Program-made: the position numbers and the translations under genes
Origin: a virus
IMG/VR virus record: IMGVR_UViG_2140918012_000003
Reading direction: 5' to 3' (one strand)
Length of the DNA stretch: 64,000 nt
Part shown: positions 28,263 through 37,744 of the stretch, one piece after another
Layout of the letters: each line of letters opens with the position of its first letter
How positions within the stretch are numbered: position 1 is the first letter of the stretch
The notes under the pieces: model-generated
The model's input: only the letters and a program-made list of their open reading frames with translations
The model's database searches: none
Told to the model about the DNA's origin: nothing

Positions 28263-29033
28263 ATGGCCAAGAAGCGAAAAGGCGATTGTTGCGGCAAGAG
28301 CAAGTGCCGTAGCTGCATCCCAGGTGTACCAGGAGCGCCTGATGTGCCTTGTGCTACGTGTGGCCTGCCTGACGGTGTGCAGACGACCAAATCGATGGGT
28401 GTTGGGTTCAACGGCACCATCTTCCCGTTGATCGAGGTACCTTCGCAAATCGTAAATAACGCCACAGCACAGCTTACGCAAGGGCCAACATCTACGAGTG
28501 TTCTGACAACAGCCACATCCCTTGCCGGTGAGTACAGTGAAGCTGATGCATTCTTGCAGTCGATTTCAAGTGAAGTCGTAAATCTGACTGACGATACTTA
28601 CTTTTGTTACTGCCTGACCTTTGATGTGACTCAGCTTGTTCAGACCGGGTGGTTTTGGAACTTCCAGCTAGCCAACCCCTACACGAACAATAACGTAAAT
28701 CTGACTTTTGACCCCAACGGTTTTCAGCTAAATGGTTCTTCGCAATCCGAGTCGCACTTTACACCGTTTTTTGTTCTAGGGCCGGTAGCTGTCGAGACCA
28801 ACGTGATCACCGTTTGTGGTGTGCGTACTGGGAATACCGGTGTGATCATGGTCAATCGTGTAGGGTCGGTCTCGGGGGCTTTCGCATCGTCCATTACTTT
28901 CAATACCAGATACCCCGAAGGTCCGATGACACTGGCTATACAGCAGGTGACGTTCTCTACTGTTAATGCGCCAACACCTCCAGATAAGCTGGAAGTTGCA
29001 TACCAAGACTTCTGTATCCAGGCAGGGGTGTAA
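28263..29033 (+). CDS. Cys-tagged beta-rich protein
   Basis: CCGKSKCRSC...CATC; shares blocks with N-terminus of 29292 protein (CLxFD, RVGSVSG, DxCxQxG). Confidence 0.7.
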   Translation: MAKKRKGDCCGKSKCRSCIPGVPGAPDVPCATCGLPDGVQTTKSMGVGFNGTIFPLIEVPSQIVNNATAQLTQGPTSTSVLTTATSLAGEYSEADAFLQSISSEVVNLTDDTYFCYCLTFDVTQLVQTGWFWNFQLANPYTNNNVNLTFDPNGFQLNGSSQSESHFTPFFVLGPVAVETNVITVCGVRTGNTGVIMVNRVGSVSGAFASSITFNTRYPEGPMTLAIQQVTFSTVNAPTPPDKLEVAYQDFCIQAGV

Positions 29034-29038
29034 GCGCC

Positions 29039-29299
29039 ATGATTATTTACACCAAACCAGGCACGACTAGCAGGGTGCATCTCCATAATTTTGGCGAAAA
29101 ACTTAGATTTAGGTTCGGCTTCGAAAAGTGGCTTGATGTAGACGCTGCGATCATGATGAACCTCAAAGGTGAGCAGCCAGCCTTGTATGAAATTGGAGAT
29201 CGTCTGATCGACGCACGCGATGCTCTGAAAGCCCAGGAGCTTGCAGACGCGATGGAACTTTCTGCCAAGCTTGGCACGCGAGGTAAGGGCAATGAGTAG
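29039..29299 (+). CDS. hypothetical protein
   Basis: 86-aa ORF. Confidence 0.55.
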   Translation: MIIYTKPGTTSRVHLHNFGEKLRFRFGFEKWLDVDAAIMMNLKGEQPALYEIGDRLIDARDALKAQELADAMELSAKLGTRGKGNE

Positions 29300-31058
29300 C
29301 CTTTGCGCCTGCTGTGGTCAAAACCGGTGCAAGGTATGCCCTTGCTCGACGTGCAATTTGCCTGAAGAGACGCCAGCTAAAGCAGTTTTTAGTGCTCCCT
29401 TTGCAGATGGCGTAAAGCCGCTAATTGTCGCGCAGAATTTTACGTCTGGGGATGGGTTCACGCAGATCAATAGTCCAAACACAGTCACGTCTGCAACGTC
29501 AGGGCAAGCGAACCTAGGTTTCCGGTCTCCTACTACGAACGTGGTAGATACAAGCACAGAAGATTTTTGCCTCTGCCTTAAATTTGATATGAACCAATTT
29601 ACTGGCAGTCGGGCACGATTTCAAGTGCTGCTGTCGAACCCTAGCCTTAACGATTCATTCAGCTTTTCAACATCGGTCGGTAATTACATAGTTAGCTATA
29701 GTGGTCCTTCAGGTAGTGGCTCTGCCAATCTCGGCCCAGTTGTACCAGAGCGTGTGACTTTCAAAATGTGTGCTCGGCGCACCGGCCCGGACGCTGGTCT
29801 TTTGACGTACAAGCGCGTGGGCAGTGTGACTGGTACGTTTTCTGGTGTACTGGGTATTGCTGCGGGCTATCCGTCTGCACCTATGGAAGTTGATCTCACC
29901 CAGTCTGCGCAAGGCGCTGGTCAACTTAATATTGTAGACACTACACTACACGACCTGTGTATGCAGATTGGTGATTCGCGGCTTTGTTGCTGTGATGCTG
30001 CAATGCCGGCTGTTGAGAGTATTGCAATTGCCCTAGATGAGGTTACCGGCCCCACTTTCGGGCAGCCGTTCATGTTTTCTAACTTTATCTACACTATTAC
30101 ACTAGCCGCACCGGCAACTGAAGCCTTCGATGGGTTTATCAAGCTGCCGACAGGGGCTTTCGGGACATTACCCACTTTACCTTTTCATTTCGATGTAGGT
30201 CAGCAGACACTCAAGGGAGCAATCCTAGCAACATTTCCGTTTGATTTGAGTTTCTATTTTACGTCCGGTAATGGCTACGAAGTCAATGTGTTCAGGACGT
30301 GCAGTGACCTGGCGGTGAGTGCCCCTGTGCCTTTCACGGTATACGGCACCCAGGAGATTACAGTATGCAAGTCGGCAGATTCAATCCCACCGCTTGGGTC
30401 TAATAGTTACAGTTTTGAGTTGTCTAACGATGTACCTAGATCTTGGGGTACCACAAATTTTTCACCTGGTCAATGCTTTACACTTACTCCGTACAATGTT
30501 TGGTTCGCCCCTGGTTTGGCCCCGGAACTCATAGTCACTGAGACAATTAACGGCATGCCACCAAATGTAGTGGTGACGGCCATTACCGTAACGCCACCAA
30601 CAGCCGAGGTGCCCCTTAGCCAGACAGGTCTTGGTACGCAGACGGCGTCGGTCAGGGTATTCAGCCTACCGGGTGGTGCCACGGTTACGTTCAGGAATGG
30701 TATATCATTAGATGCGGTCTTGAACGGCACCCAAGTAGTGCCGCCCAACGGGTCGGGGGCATCGGGAACGCTGACCGGGTCGTTTAATTCAAGTACTTCT
30801 ATATTTACTTTTGATATGACATTTACGGGCCTTACTAGCCCGGCTACGGGTGCCACTATACACCAGGGGCCTATTGGGGTAAACGGTCCTGTTCAATTTG
30901 GGCTACCAGGTTTCCCGGCAGCTACATCAGGTGTATACTCAAATTCAATCCTAATACCAGGCCCACTGGTTGGTCCGCTGCTCGCTGGTGGTCTGTACGT
31001 ACAGATTGCAGATGCCGCATTCCCAGTTGGCGAAATCCGTGGGCAGATTCTTCCCTAG
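29292..31058 (+). CDS. Cys-tagged multidomain beta-rich protein with C-terminal CHRD domain
   Basis: N-term CACC..C..C.C..C; C-term LNGTQVVPP...IHQG..GVNGPV...LLAGGLYV...FPVGEIRGQI. Confidence 0.75.
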   Translation: MSSLCACCGQNRCKVCPCSTCNLPEETPAKAVFSAPFADGVKPLIVAQNFTSGDGFTQINSPNTVTSATSGQANLGFRSPTTNVVDTSTEDFCLCLKFDMNQFTGSRARFQVLLSNPSLNDSFSFSTSVGNYIVSYSGPSGSGSANLGPVVPERVTFKMCARRTGPDAGLLTYKRVGSVTGTFSGVLGIAAGYPSAPMEVDLTQSAQGAGQLNIVDTTLHDLCMQIGDSRLCCCDAAMPAVESIAIALDEVTGPTFGQPFMFSNFIYTITLAAPATEAFDGFIKLPTGAFGTLPTLPFHFDVGQQTLKGAILATFPFDLSFYFTSGNGYEVNVFRTCSDLAVSAPVPFTVYGTQEITVCKSADSIPPLGSNSYSFELSNDVPRSWGTTNFSPGQCFTLTPYNVWFAPGLAPELIVTETINGMPPNVVVTAITVTPPTAEVPLSQTGLGTQTASVRVFSLPGGATVTFRNGISLDAVLNGTQVVPPNGSGASGTLTGSFNSSTSIFTFDMTFTGLTSPATGATIHQGPIGVNGPVQFGLPGFPAATSGVYSNSILIPGPLVGPLLAGGLYVQIADAAFPVGEIRGQILP

Positions 31059-31068
31059 TAGGTGATAA

Positions 31069-32748
31069 ATGGCTGATTGCGTAAATTGCCCGTGCCCACC
31101 GCTAGAAGTAGCGTCGTTTGCACTATATTTAGATGACGGTCTAAGCGCTGGTGCCATCGGAACACCGCCAGCGATCACGTTCGGTTGGATATACATCCTT
31201 ACGCTGACCGCGCCAGCTATCGGGGATATCCGAGGCACGGTTACGTTGCCCAACGGCGACAAACTTCCGTTTGTCGTGCCTTCAGGTCGCACATTCGCCC
31301 AAGCTGAGTTTCCGGCGTCAGCCGATTTCAACCGAGCAGAAGGCTATTCGATTACGATCGAAGACGTGTGCGGTAATGTGCAGGTGTTTCAGGTGCCTGC
31401 CTATGTAGACCTGACTGTCTGCAAGCTCGTGGCATCGCCTGACGCTGATCAGTTTGATTATCCATTTAACATCTTCACGAACACGCTTCAACCGACATTT
31501 AATGTTGGTATAGACGCTGGTGAGTGCCTAGTCATCCCTGGTTTTGGTCAGGTCGGCGGCACTGATATGTTTGTCTTCGAACAGATATCTGATATGTTTA
31601 TTACTAATATCGATGTGCAGCCGCCAGAGGCTATAGACCAACTATTTCCTGTTGGCGTAAATATTAAACCCGTCGTAGGTGGCGTGACGGTCACGTTCAC
31701 GAATGACTGCGTTGAACAGACGTTCGATGGCAATTTAGAGGGCGCTCCTACGTACGACAGGCCAGTAGTGCCGCTTTGCAATAGTCCTGTATGCGGTGGT
31801 CTGTTTCAGATTGGTCCGCGCTATAATGTGATCGGTATTAACGTGCCCAATCCAACTAATCTCACCCTCAGCCTATGCCCGGCTGACGGTGGGTCTGCAT
31901 CGTTCCCTAGTGCGCTTTACTTGTATGATGTCGGCGGGTTTAACCCTCTATCGCCCTGTACTAATTACCTGGTCGGCTGCGAAGCCTTTTGCGGCTCAGC
32001 CTCAAAAGTGTCCATCAATAACCTGCCTGCTGGGCTCTATTATGCTGTAGTTGCAGTAGCAGGTTTAGCAGGCGAGAACGCGCCGTTTACGTTGGCGGCG
32101 AGAATCTGCCCCAATAATAACTGCTGTGACATGAACCCGCGCTCACTTGTCCCGCCACCGCCCTACGTGCAGGCGTTTGGGCAAGCTGGTACAGTGTTTA
32201 TTGTTAGCGGTGATGATGCGGACTTCGCAGTAAACCTGCCATTCACATTTAATCTCTGCGGTGTAAACTATACCAATTGCAGAGTGAGTACTAACGGGTA
32301 TATCGGGTTCCCGAATACGACGACTCGTGGTCTTGGCAATGAAGTACTACCTACAGTTTATGCTGGCGCCGCACTATACCCGTGGTGGGATGACCTAGAG
32401 TCCACTCCGCTCGTAGCTCCGGGCTCAGGTGTTTATAGTCGGGTTGACGGTGTCGCGCCTAACCGAGTGTTTACTGTAGAGTGGTACCGCACTGGCCATT
32501 TCCAAGACACTGCAAACCAGTTCGTGACATTTCAGGTGAAGCTGTTTGAAACCAGCAACAAGATTCAGTACTGCTATCAAGATGTCTTCTTCGGCGGCAC
32601 TCAAGCTGCTCTCGACCGAGGTGCTAGTGCTACAGTAGGCATGGAAGGTGTGCTGGCCACGCCACGTGTATTTGGGCAATTCAGCTTCGACATGGCTGTT
32701 CTACAAAACGGCATGTGTATCGAATTTACACCTGCGTGTGGCCTATAA
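31069..32748 (+). CDS. Cys-tagged multidomain beta-rich protein (adhesin-like)
   Basis: MADCVNCPCPP; C-terminal region LPFTF..CGVNY...VSTNGYIGF...YPWWDDL...FTVEW...TFQV.L resembles nidogen/NIDO-like extracellular domains. Confidence 0.65.
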   Translation: MADCVNCPCPPLEVASFALYLDDGLSAGAIGTPPAITFGWIYILTLTAPAIGDIRGTVTLPNGDKLPFVVPSGRTFAQAEFPASADFNRAEGYSITIEDVCGNVQVFQVPAYVDLTVCKLVASPDADQFDYPFNIFTNTLQPTFNVGIDAGECLVIPGFGQVGGTDMFVFEQISDMFITNIDVQPPEAIDQLFPVGVNIKPVVGGVTVTFTNDCVEQTFDGNLEGAPTYDRPVVPLCNSPVCGGLFQIGPRYNVIGINVPNPTNLTLSLCPADGGSASFPSALYLYDVGGFNPLSPCTNYLVGCEAFCGSASKVSINNLPAGLYYAVVAVAGLAGENAPFTLAARICPNNNCCDMNPRSLVPPPPYVQAFGQAGTVFIVSGDDADFAVNLPFTFNLCGVNYTNCRVSTNGYIGFPNTTTRGLGNEVLPTVYAGAALYPWWDDLESTPLVAPGSGVYSRVDGVAPNRVFTVEWYRTGHFQDTANQFVTFQVKLFETSNKIQYCYQDVFFGGTQAALDRGASATVGMEGVLATPRVFGQFSFDMAVLQNGMCIEFTPACGL

Positions 32749-32758
32749 GGAGCCGGAT

Positions 32759-32959
32759 ATGACTAAGCACGTTTTGGTGAGGTACAAAATTGCTCTTGGT
32801 GGTGGCGGTGAAGCAGAGCGTACATACAAAGCTTTAGCTGAGACTGATGAAGCCGCTATCGAGGCAGCCACGCAGGGGTGGCAAGACGAAGTTAATGCCA
32901 AGGTGATCGACGGGGCTTTCATAATCAGAGCTACTGTCGTTGACGCCCCTAACCCTTAA
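32759..32959 (+). CDS. hypothetical protein
   Basis: AAGGAG upstream of ATG 32759. Confidence 0.6.
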   Translation: MTKHVLVRYKIALGGGGEAERTYKALAETDEAAIEAATQGWQDEVNAKVIDGAFIIRATVVDAPNP

Positions 32960-33027
32960 ATGCGAGCGACAGACGCCACGATAAGCACACTAACTTATTG
33001 CTAAGTAATCACACAAGGAGAAACCAA

Positions 33028-33429
33028 ATGGCTTGCTGCGGAAGACTAGGTAGATTGCTTGGACGGATTGCTAATTGCTGTGGCCGTAAACGGGCGAAGG
33101 TGACCCCGTCAGGTCCGTGTCCAACGCTTACTTTGGAAAGTAATAATAGTTTTCAAGTCGGCACTACCAATCCGGTCACGTTTACGTTCAACACAGTCGT
33201 TCAATTTGTGGTCGGGACTGTTCTTCAGTCCTTAGCGGGGCCTGGCAGTGATTGTGGTGGCGTCCAATCCCCTACTGCCGGTACCTATGCAGCAGTAGGT
33301 AACACGGTGTCTTTCACACCTAATGCTAATTTCGGGGTTTTCGACTACCAGTTTAGTTTCACAGTACAGCTACCTGGTAGGCCAGACTGCACGCTTGATG
33401 TGTTGCAGTGCCAGATACCTGCGGCTTAA
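33028..33429 (+). CDS. Cys-tagged small beta-rich protein
   Basis: MACCGR...CCGR; AAGGAG upstream. Confidence 0.7.
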   Translation: MACCGRLGRLLGRIANCCGRKRAKVTPSGPCPTLTLESNNSFQVGTTNPVTFTFNTVVQFVVGTVLQSLAGPGSDCGGVQSPTAGTYAAVGNTVSFTPNANFGVFDYQFSFTVQLPGRPDCTLDVLQCQIPAA

Positions 33430-33565
33430 TACTGGTCTGACCTAGCTCGGTGTTGGGGGCTCGATTACACGGGTCTCCCGACACTGTTGGTCTCGGCTTT
33501 TGTCGCCTTTACGCCCCTAAGTTTTTTCTTGCGGTTGTAACGTCTACTGGGGTATAGAGGTACGC

Positions 33566-33808
33566 ATGCGGATGGGTACTTTTCGTTCACGCTTGATAAA
33601 GCGCAAAACTGTGCAGTCTGGTATTGCTAGGCGAATTATGCCGCCCAAAAAGGTGGTTGTCTCTACCAAGCCTTGCCCCAAGCTCTATATGGGGCGCAAG
33701 TGCATCTACCAAGAGGGGCATTCTGGTTCGTGCAGCGCGACTTTTCCACAGCAGCCCGTCTCCAAACCACGCCAGAACATTTTCGTTCCGCAGCCTAAGA
33801 AGAGCTAG
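33566..33808 (+). CDS. hypothetical basic protein
   Basis: 80-aa ORF, GAGG upstream; C-x7-C-x4-H motif. Confidence 0.5.
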   Translation: MRMGTFRSRLIKRKTVQSGIARRIMPPKKVVVSTKPCPKLYMGRKCIYQEGHSGSCSATFPQQPVSKPRQNIFVPQPKKS

Positions 33809-33949
33809 CATCCTTGTGGAAAAGGCGCTATACTAGGCGTCGATGCGCTTCATCGAACTGACGAACGCCGTTTATTACGGTGACGACGAATTACATCGAC
33901 GAGTCGGAGTGCCTAGGCTTCAATTTCAACCAGGCATTTATATCGCCTA

Positions 33950-33978
33950 TTGACATTCTGCCAAACCTGTTATACACT
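33950..33978 (+). promoter_or_regulatory. conserved phage promoter (leaderless-type)
   Basis: TTGACATTCTGCCAAACCTGTTATACACT; ATG 7 nt downstream. Confidence 0.8.
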
Positions 33979-33985
33979 ATCTGGC

Positions 33986-34375
33986 ATGAAGCTAGAAAAG
34001 ATCGAAGGTATCAACCCTGGTGATGTGGTCAAGATCGTGAAGGCCAGCGAAGTCGAAGGGGCTACGCGGTCTGGTTGGCGGTTGCTCGGGACGCTTGAAT
34101 CATCTGGAGCAACCGGCGATACGCCTTTTGGAAATTACAGCCGCTACGAAATATCGTTCGTGCTCTTGAAAACGAAGGATGAGGAAATGGCAGCGCTCAC
34201 GAACGAACGCGATGCTGCTGTGAAGAAGGCGCAGGAGGCCACGACGCGAGCAGACCGTCTTGTGCGGCTGGCTGAATTTCTGGAAAAGACTGAGGTTACT
34301 GACAGGGCCACAAAGGACGAAATTCGGAGTGTGTTCAACCAGGCAAAAAGGCTTGCAGCGGGCCTTGGGTACTAA
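33986..34375 (+). CDS. hypothetical protein
   Basis: ATG directly after promoter. Confidence 0.7.
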   Translation: MKLEKIEGINPGDVVKIVKASEVEGATRSGWRLLGTLESSGATGDTPFGNYSRYEISFVLLKTKDEEMAALTNERDAAVKKAQEATTRADRLVRLAEFLEKTEVTDRATKDEIRSVFNQAKRLAAGLGY

Positions 34376-34386
34376 ATGGCCAGAGA

Positions 34387-34560
34387 ATGAAGCGCAAACC
34401 CACACGGCGTTTTGCTGATCTGCACGTGCCGCCGAGGTGCTTCGCGTGTGACGGCTCTGGCACCCGTTGCAACCGCTGCGGTGAAGCTGAGGGTGCCTGC
34501 GGCTGCGACGAGGGATTCGACCCGACCGATTGCTCTGACTGCAAAGGCACAGGGAAATGA
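34387..34560 (+). CDS. small Cys-rich zinc-finger protein (57 aa, not in ORF track)
   Basis: MKRKPTRR...CFACDGSG...CNRC...CSDCKGTG; ATGA overlap with next gene. Confidence 0.55.
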   Translation: MKRKPTRRFADLHVPPRCFACDGSGTRCNRCGEAEGACGCDEGFDPTDCSDCKGTGK

Positions 34561-34766
34561 AGCGCAAACCCACACGCCGTGATTTGCTTGTCGTCATCGC
34601 ACGCCTTCAGCACCATATCGGGTGTGCGCACACGTTTCACGGCAACGACCGTGATCCAGACGGATTTGAAAAGGGCCAGGACGAGCTAAAAGCCGCCGAA
34701 CACCTTTGCCACGAAGCCTCTGCCGCTGACCCTCCTGTGAAAATTAGTGGGCCATGGGCGTCGTGA
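34557..34766 (+). CDS. hypothetical protein
   Basis: 69-aa ORF starting MKRKPTRR. Confidence 0.6.
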   Translation: MKRKPTRRDLLVVIARLQHHIGCAHTFHGNDRDPDGFEKGQDELKAAEHLCHEASAADPPVKISGPWAS

Positions 34767-35065
34767 ATCGCACTTTCGTCAAGCTCTGCAATAAGGCGTA
34801 TCGTGCGTATGCCACTGGTACCTGGCGGACTGTCGAAGGCAACCCTACGGCAGCAGTAGTCATTTTACGAGAGGATGATGGCAAGGCTATCGTGATCACA
34901 TCTGACGCTTATGGGCAGTGGTTTGCAACTACCGTGGCCAAGAGTGATTACATTATGCTGGATGCGACTGTCGAAACCGACCGCGCTGAAATAGCGGCTT
35001 TGCTGCTCATGAAACCGGATTTGGAAAGGGAAATCTCTCGGTGGGGTGTAGTCCGCCATGAATAA
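34754..35065 (+). CDS. IAA(F/Q)LL-motif family protein
   Basis: YIMLDATVETDRAEIAALLLMKPD. Confidence 0.7.
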   Translation: MGVVNRTFVKLCNKAYRAYATGTWRTVEGNPTAAVVILREDDGKAIVITSDAYGQWFATTVAKSDYIMLDATVETDRAEIAALLLMKPDLEREISRWGVVRHE

Positions 35066-35450
35066 GTCAGACGCGCAGTTCAAAAAGCTGGTCGAATTCG
35101 AAGCCAAGCATCCGGCTACGCTTCGCGGCTGGCTGAAAACCAATGGTGACCTACCAGTCCAGTGCGAAACATGCAAAAAGCTCATTCAGCCTGGTGCGTT
35201 TGCGTGGCTGGGTTACGGTGGTTGGGCTGCGTGTAACAATAAATGTGCGATGCTGTTCCTCCGCATTCCTGTGAGCACCCCCAAACATTCGCCTAAGCTC
35301 ACCTTGAACGAATTGCGTGCCTTGCAGTCGTGCGTAAATTGGGTTGTCAATGATCCAGGCGCCGAAGGCATTGGCAAGGATATGGAACGTGCAGCATCTA
35401 TCGCACAGCGTGCCCTGGATAAGATGACCAGGCCCCAAAGACGACCATGA
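35058..35450 (+). CDS. hypothetical zinc-binding protein
   Basis: CETC...CNNKC. Confidence 0.6.
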   Translation: MNKSDAQFKKLVEFEAKHPATLRGWLKTNGDLPVQCETCKKLIQPGAFAWLGYGGWAACNNKCAMLFLRIPVSTPKHSPKLTLNELRALQSCVNWVVNDPGAEGIGKDMERAASIAQRALDKMTRPQRRP

Positions 35451-35457
35451 GACCACG

Positions 35458-35622
35458 ATGATCGGACTTGAAATTGAATTGACAAAAGGCGACGCAGAAT
35501 GCGCGTGCTGTAAGAAAGCCGTGACCGAGTTTGTCCAGTGCAAGAAGTGTCCTGCTAAATTGTGCAGTCGCTTCACGTGTGTGCTTGAGCATGGTAAGAC
35601 GCATCGGAAAGGCACCTCTTGA
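35458..35622 (+). CDS. small Cys-rich protein (54 aa, not in ORF track)
   Basis: MIGLEIELTKGDAECACC...CKKC...C...C..H. Confidence 0.4.
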   Translation: MIGLEIELTKGDAECACCKKAVTEFVQCKKCPAKLCSRFTCVLEHGKTHRKGTS

Positions 35623-35647
35623 CATATAGTCAAAACTGTTATACGAT
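35619..35647 (+). promoter_or_regulatory. conserved phage promoter with TTGAC..GTCAA palindrome
   Basis: TTGACA-17-TACGAT; GTG 9 nt downstream. Confidence 0.7.
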
Positions 35648-35656
35648 CTGCGTATA

Positions 35657-36094
35657 GTGGACAGGACCGACCAACTCAAAAACCGCGTCAAAGCCGCCAA
35701 GCAGCGCATCGCGCACATTGAAGGCAAGCTGCAAAGCTACCCTCGTAAACTGCGCGAGGCTGAGCGCTGCATAGACGTGCAACGTAGGCTGCGGCAGGAA
35801 GAGCATTACAGAATTCTTGCCGCAGGGCGACGAGGGCGGCGTGAGTACACACCTTTGTACCATCGTTACTTAGCTCTTGAACAAGGAGCCACGGAGCAAT
35901 TTCATAACCTGGAAACAGCTTTCACGAAGGAGAAGGGCAACCTAGAAGTGGCTCGGGACTACTACGAGAATGCCGTGGCGGCGTACCTGACTGCTGAAAT
36001 GCAACTTGCTGAGGTGTCAGGTGACGCCAAACGCCTTCAGAAAGTGTACGAAAAGGCAGCAGTTTGGGCAGCGAAGAAGCTTCTGATGGAGTAG
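35657..36094 (+). CDS. hypothetical coiled-coil protein
   Basis: 145-aa ORF; N-term MDRxDQLKxR shared with 36387. Confidence 0.65.
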   Translation: MDRTDQLKNRVKAAKQRIAHIEGKLQSYPRKLREAERCIDVQRRLRQEEHYRILAAGRRGRREYTPLYHRYLALEQGATEQFHNLETAFTKEKGNLEVARDYYENAVAAYLTAEMQLAEVSGDAKRLQKVYEKAAVWAAKKLLME

Positions 36095-36097
36095 ACG

Positions 36098-36376
36098 GTG
36101 AGCTATAGGCTAACAGGGCAGTTTGTTAGGCTCACTGGACTTCTCACGGATGCCTGGACAGACCCGCGTATTGATCTATATTTAAAAGGCCAGATCGCGG
36201 CCGTAGTCGAAACTGCGAACTTCGTGGACCCCTCTGACACAATTATCGCAGTGACCGTTGATGGTGGTAAACTTCGGCTTGTGCTGAAACCACACGAGTA
36301 CGAGGTGCTGGATACCCAAAATGAAGAAGACAGGGCTGAAATCGCAGCTTTCATCCTAACATTCAAGGACACGTAG
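36098..36376 (+). CDS. IAA(F/Q)LL-motif family protein
   Basis: YEVLDTQNEEDRAEIAAFILT. Confidence 0.7.
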   Translation: MSYRLTGQFVRLTGLLTDAWTDPRIDLYLKGQIAAVVETANFVDPSDTIIAVTVDGGKLRLVLKPHEYEVLDTQNEEDRAEIAAFILTFKDT

Positions 36377-36386
36377 AGACTTCAGC

Positions 36387-36662
36387 ATGGACCGTCGCGA
36401 GCAACTAAAAAAGCGCCTCAAGATTGCGCGCGATAAGTGTACCGATATCAAGAACCAGATCAGGGCAGCAAAAGCTTTTAGCCGTCGCTACTGGGGTGGC
36501 TGGGGCGCTGACGTGGGCCTATCCAAAAAGCTTGCCGAAGCCGAGGCGTACCGCGATGAAATCCACGGCGCTCTGCTGCTCTTGGAAATGCAGGACCCCA
36601 ACTGTCCCCCAAAAGTGCATCACCAGGCTGCTATCATTGCTTTTCGGAAGCTGACGAAGTGA
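36387..36662 (+). CDS. hypothetical coiled-coil protein
   Basis: 91-aa ORF, resembles 35657 at N-terminus. Confidence 0.65.
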   Translation: MDRREQLKKRLKIARDKCTDIKNQIRAAKAFSRRYWGGWGADVGLSKKLAEAEAYRDEIHGALLLLEMQDPNCPPKVHHQAAIIAFRKLTK

Positions 36663-36681
36663 GCACGTCTGTCAAACCCAC

Positions 36682-36710
36682 TTGACAGCCTTCATACTTC
36701 CTGCTAGTAT
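36682..36710 (+). promoter_or_regulatory. sigma70-like promoter
   Basis: TTGACA-17-TAGTAT. Confidence 0.65.
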
Positions 36711-36721
36711 ATGCGCCTGAT

Positions 36722-37744
36722 ATGTACAAGCTGCTTACACGTGATGCCTTTCGCGAGAGCGTCTTTGCACGCGATGGGCACAAGTGCATCTTGTGCAAGT
36801 CACCAGCCGTCGATGCCCACCACGTTATCGAACGACGCCTCTTCCCGGATGGTGGCTATTATCTCTCAAATGGCGCCTCTGTCTGCGAAAGCTGCCATCT
36901 GCGCTGTGAAGCCACGCTGGTTTCCTGTGAAGAAGTACGGGCTGCGGCCGGTATCAAACAGCTAGTCCTACCACCGCATTTGTACGCTGACGCAGAACAA
37001 GCCTACGATAAATGGGGCAACCCAATCTTGCCTAACGGCCAGCGGCTTCGCGGCGAGCTATTCGATGATGCCTCGGTACAAAAGGTCTTAGCACCGGTTC
37101 TTCATCTTTTCACAAACCGTGTGAAATACCCTCGTACTTGGCACCTGCCGTTTTCACCGGGCATGCACGATGATGACCGCATGATCGAATCGACTGCGCA
37201 CTTCGTAGGGCAGCGTGTAGTCGTCACCGAAAAACTCGATGGCGAGAACACTACCATTTATCGTGATTACGTTCATGCACGTTCGCTCGATTACGCACCT
37301 CGGGTTGACCGAGACTGGGTGCGTGCGCTAGCGGCTCGCATCGGTTATGAGCTAGACGAAGACTATCGTGTATGTGGAGAAAACCTTTGGGGGACCCACG
37401 CCATTAAATACACGCAACTACCATCATACTTCATGGTGTTTTCGCTGTGGGATGGGCTAAAGTGCTTGCCATGGGATGACACCAAGGACTGGGCTGCACT
37501 TCTGGGCTTGCAAACTGTACCGGTGCTCTTTGATGGTATCTGGGATGAAAATTTAATTCGCAAGCTGCACCAGAAACGCCGAGGTGTTGACGAGTCTGAA
37601 GGGTTCGTGGTACGCTTGGCTGGTAGCTTTCACTATCGAGATTTTCGTCATGCTGTCGCTAAGTACGTGAGGGCTGGTCACGTTGCTGGCTCACATGCGT
37701 ATACTACAAAACGCATTTTTGAAAGAAATGGGCTAGTACGATGA
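36722..37744 (+). CDS. HNH domain - RNA ligase fusion protein
   Basis: N-term RDGHKCILC...DAHH...NGASVCESCH; C-term KYPRT, TEKLDGEN (motif I), CGENL, EGFVVR, KYVR. Confidence 0.85.
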   Translation: MYKLLTRDAFRESVFARDGHKCILCKSPAVDAHHVIERRLFPDGGYYLSNGASVCESCHLRCEATLVSCEEVRAAAGIKQLVLPPHLYADAEQAYDKWGNPILPNGQRLRGELFDDASVQKVLAPVLHLFTNRVKYPRTWHLPFSPGMHDDDRMIESTAHFVGQRVVVTEKLDGENTTIYRDYVHARSLDYAPRVDRDWVRALAARIGYELDEDYRVCGENLWGTHAIKYTQLPSYFMVFSLWDGLKCLPWDDTKDWAALLGLQTVPVLFDGIWDENLIRKLHQKRRGVDESEGFVVRLAGSFHYRDFRHAVAKYVRAGHVAGSHAYTTKRIFERNGLVR

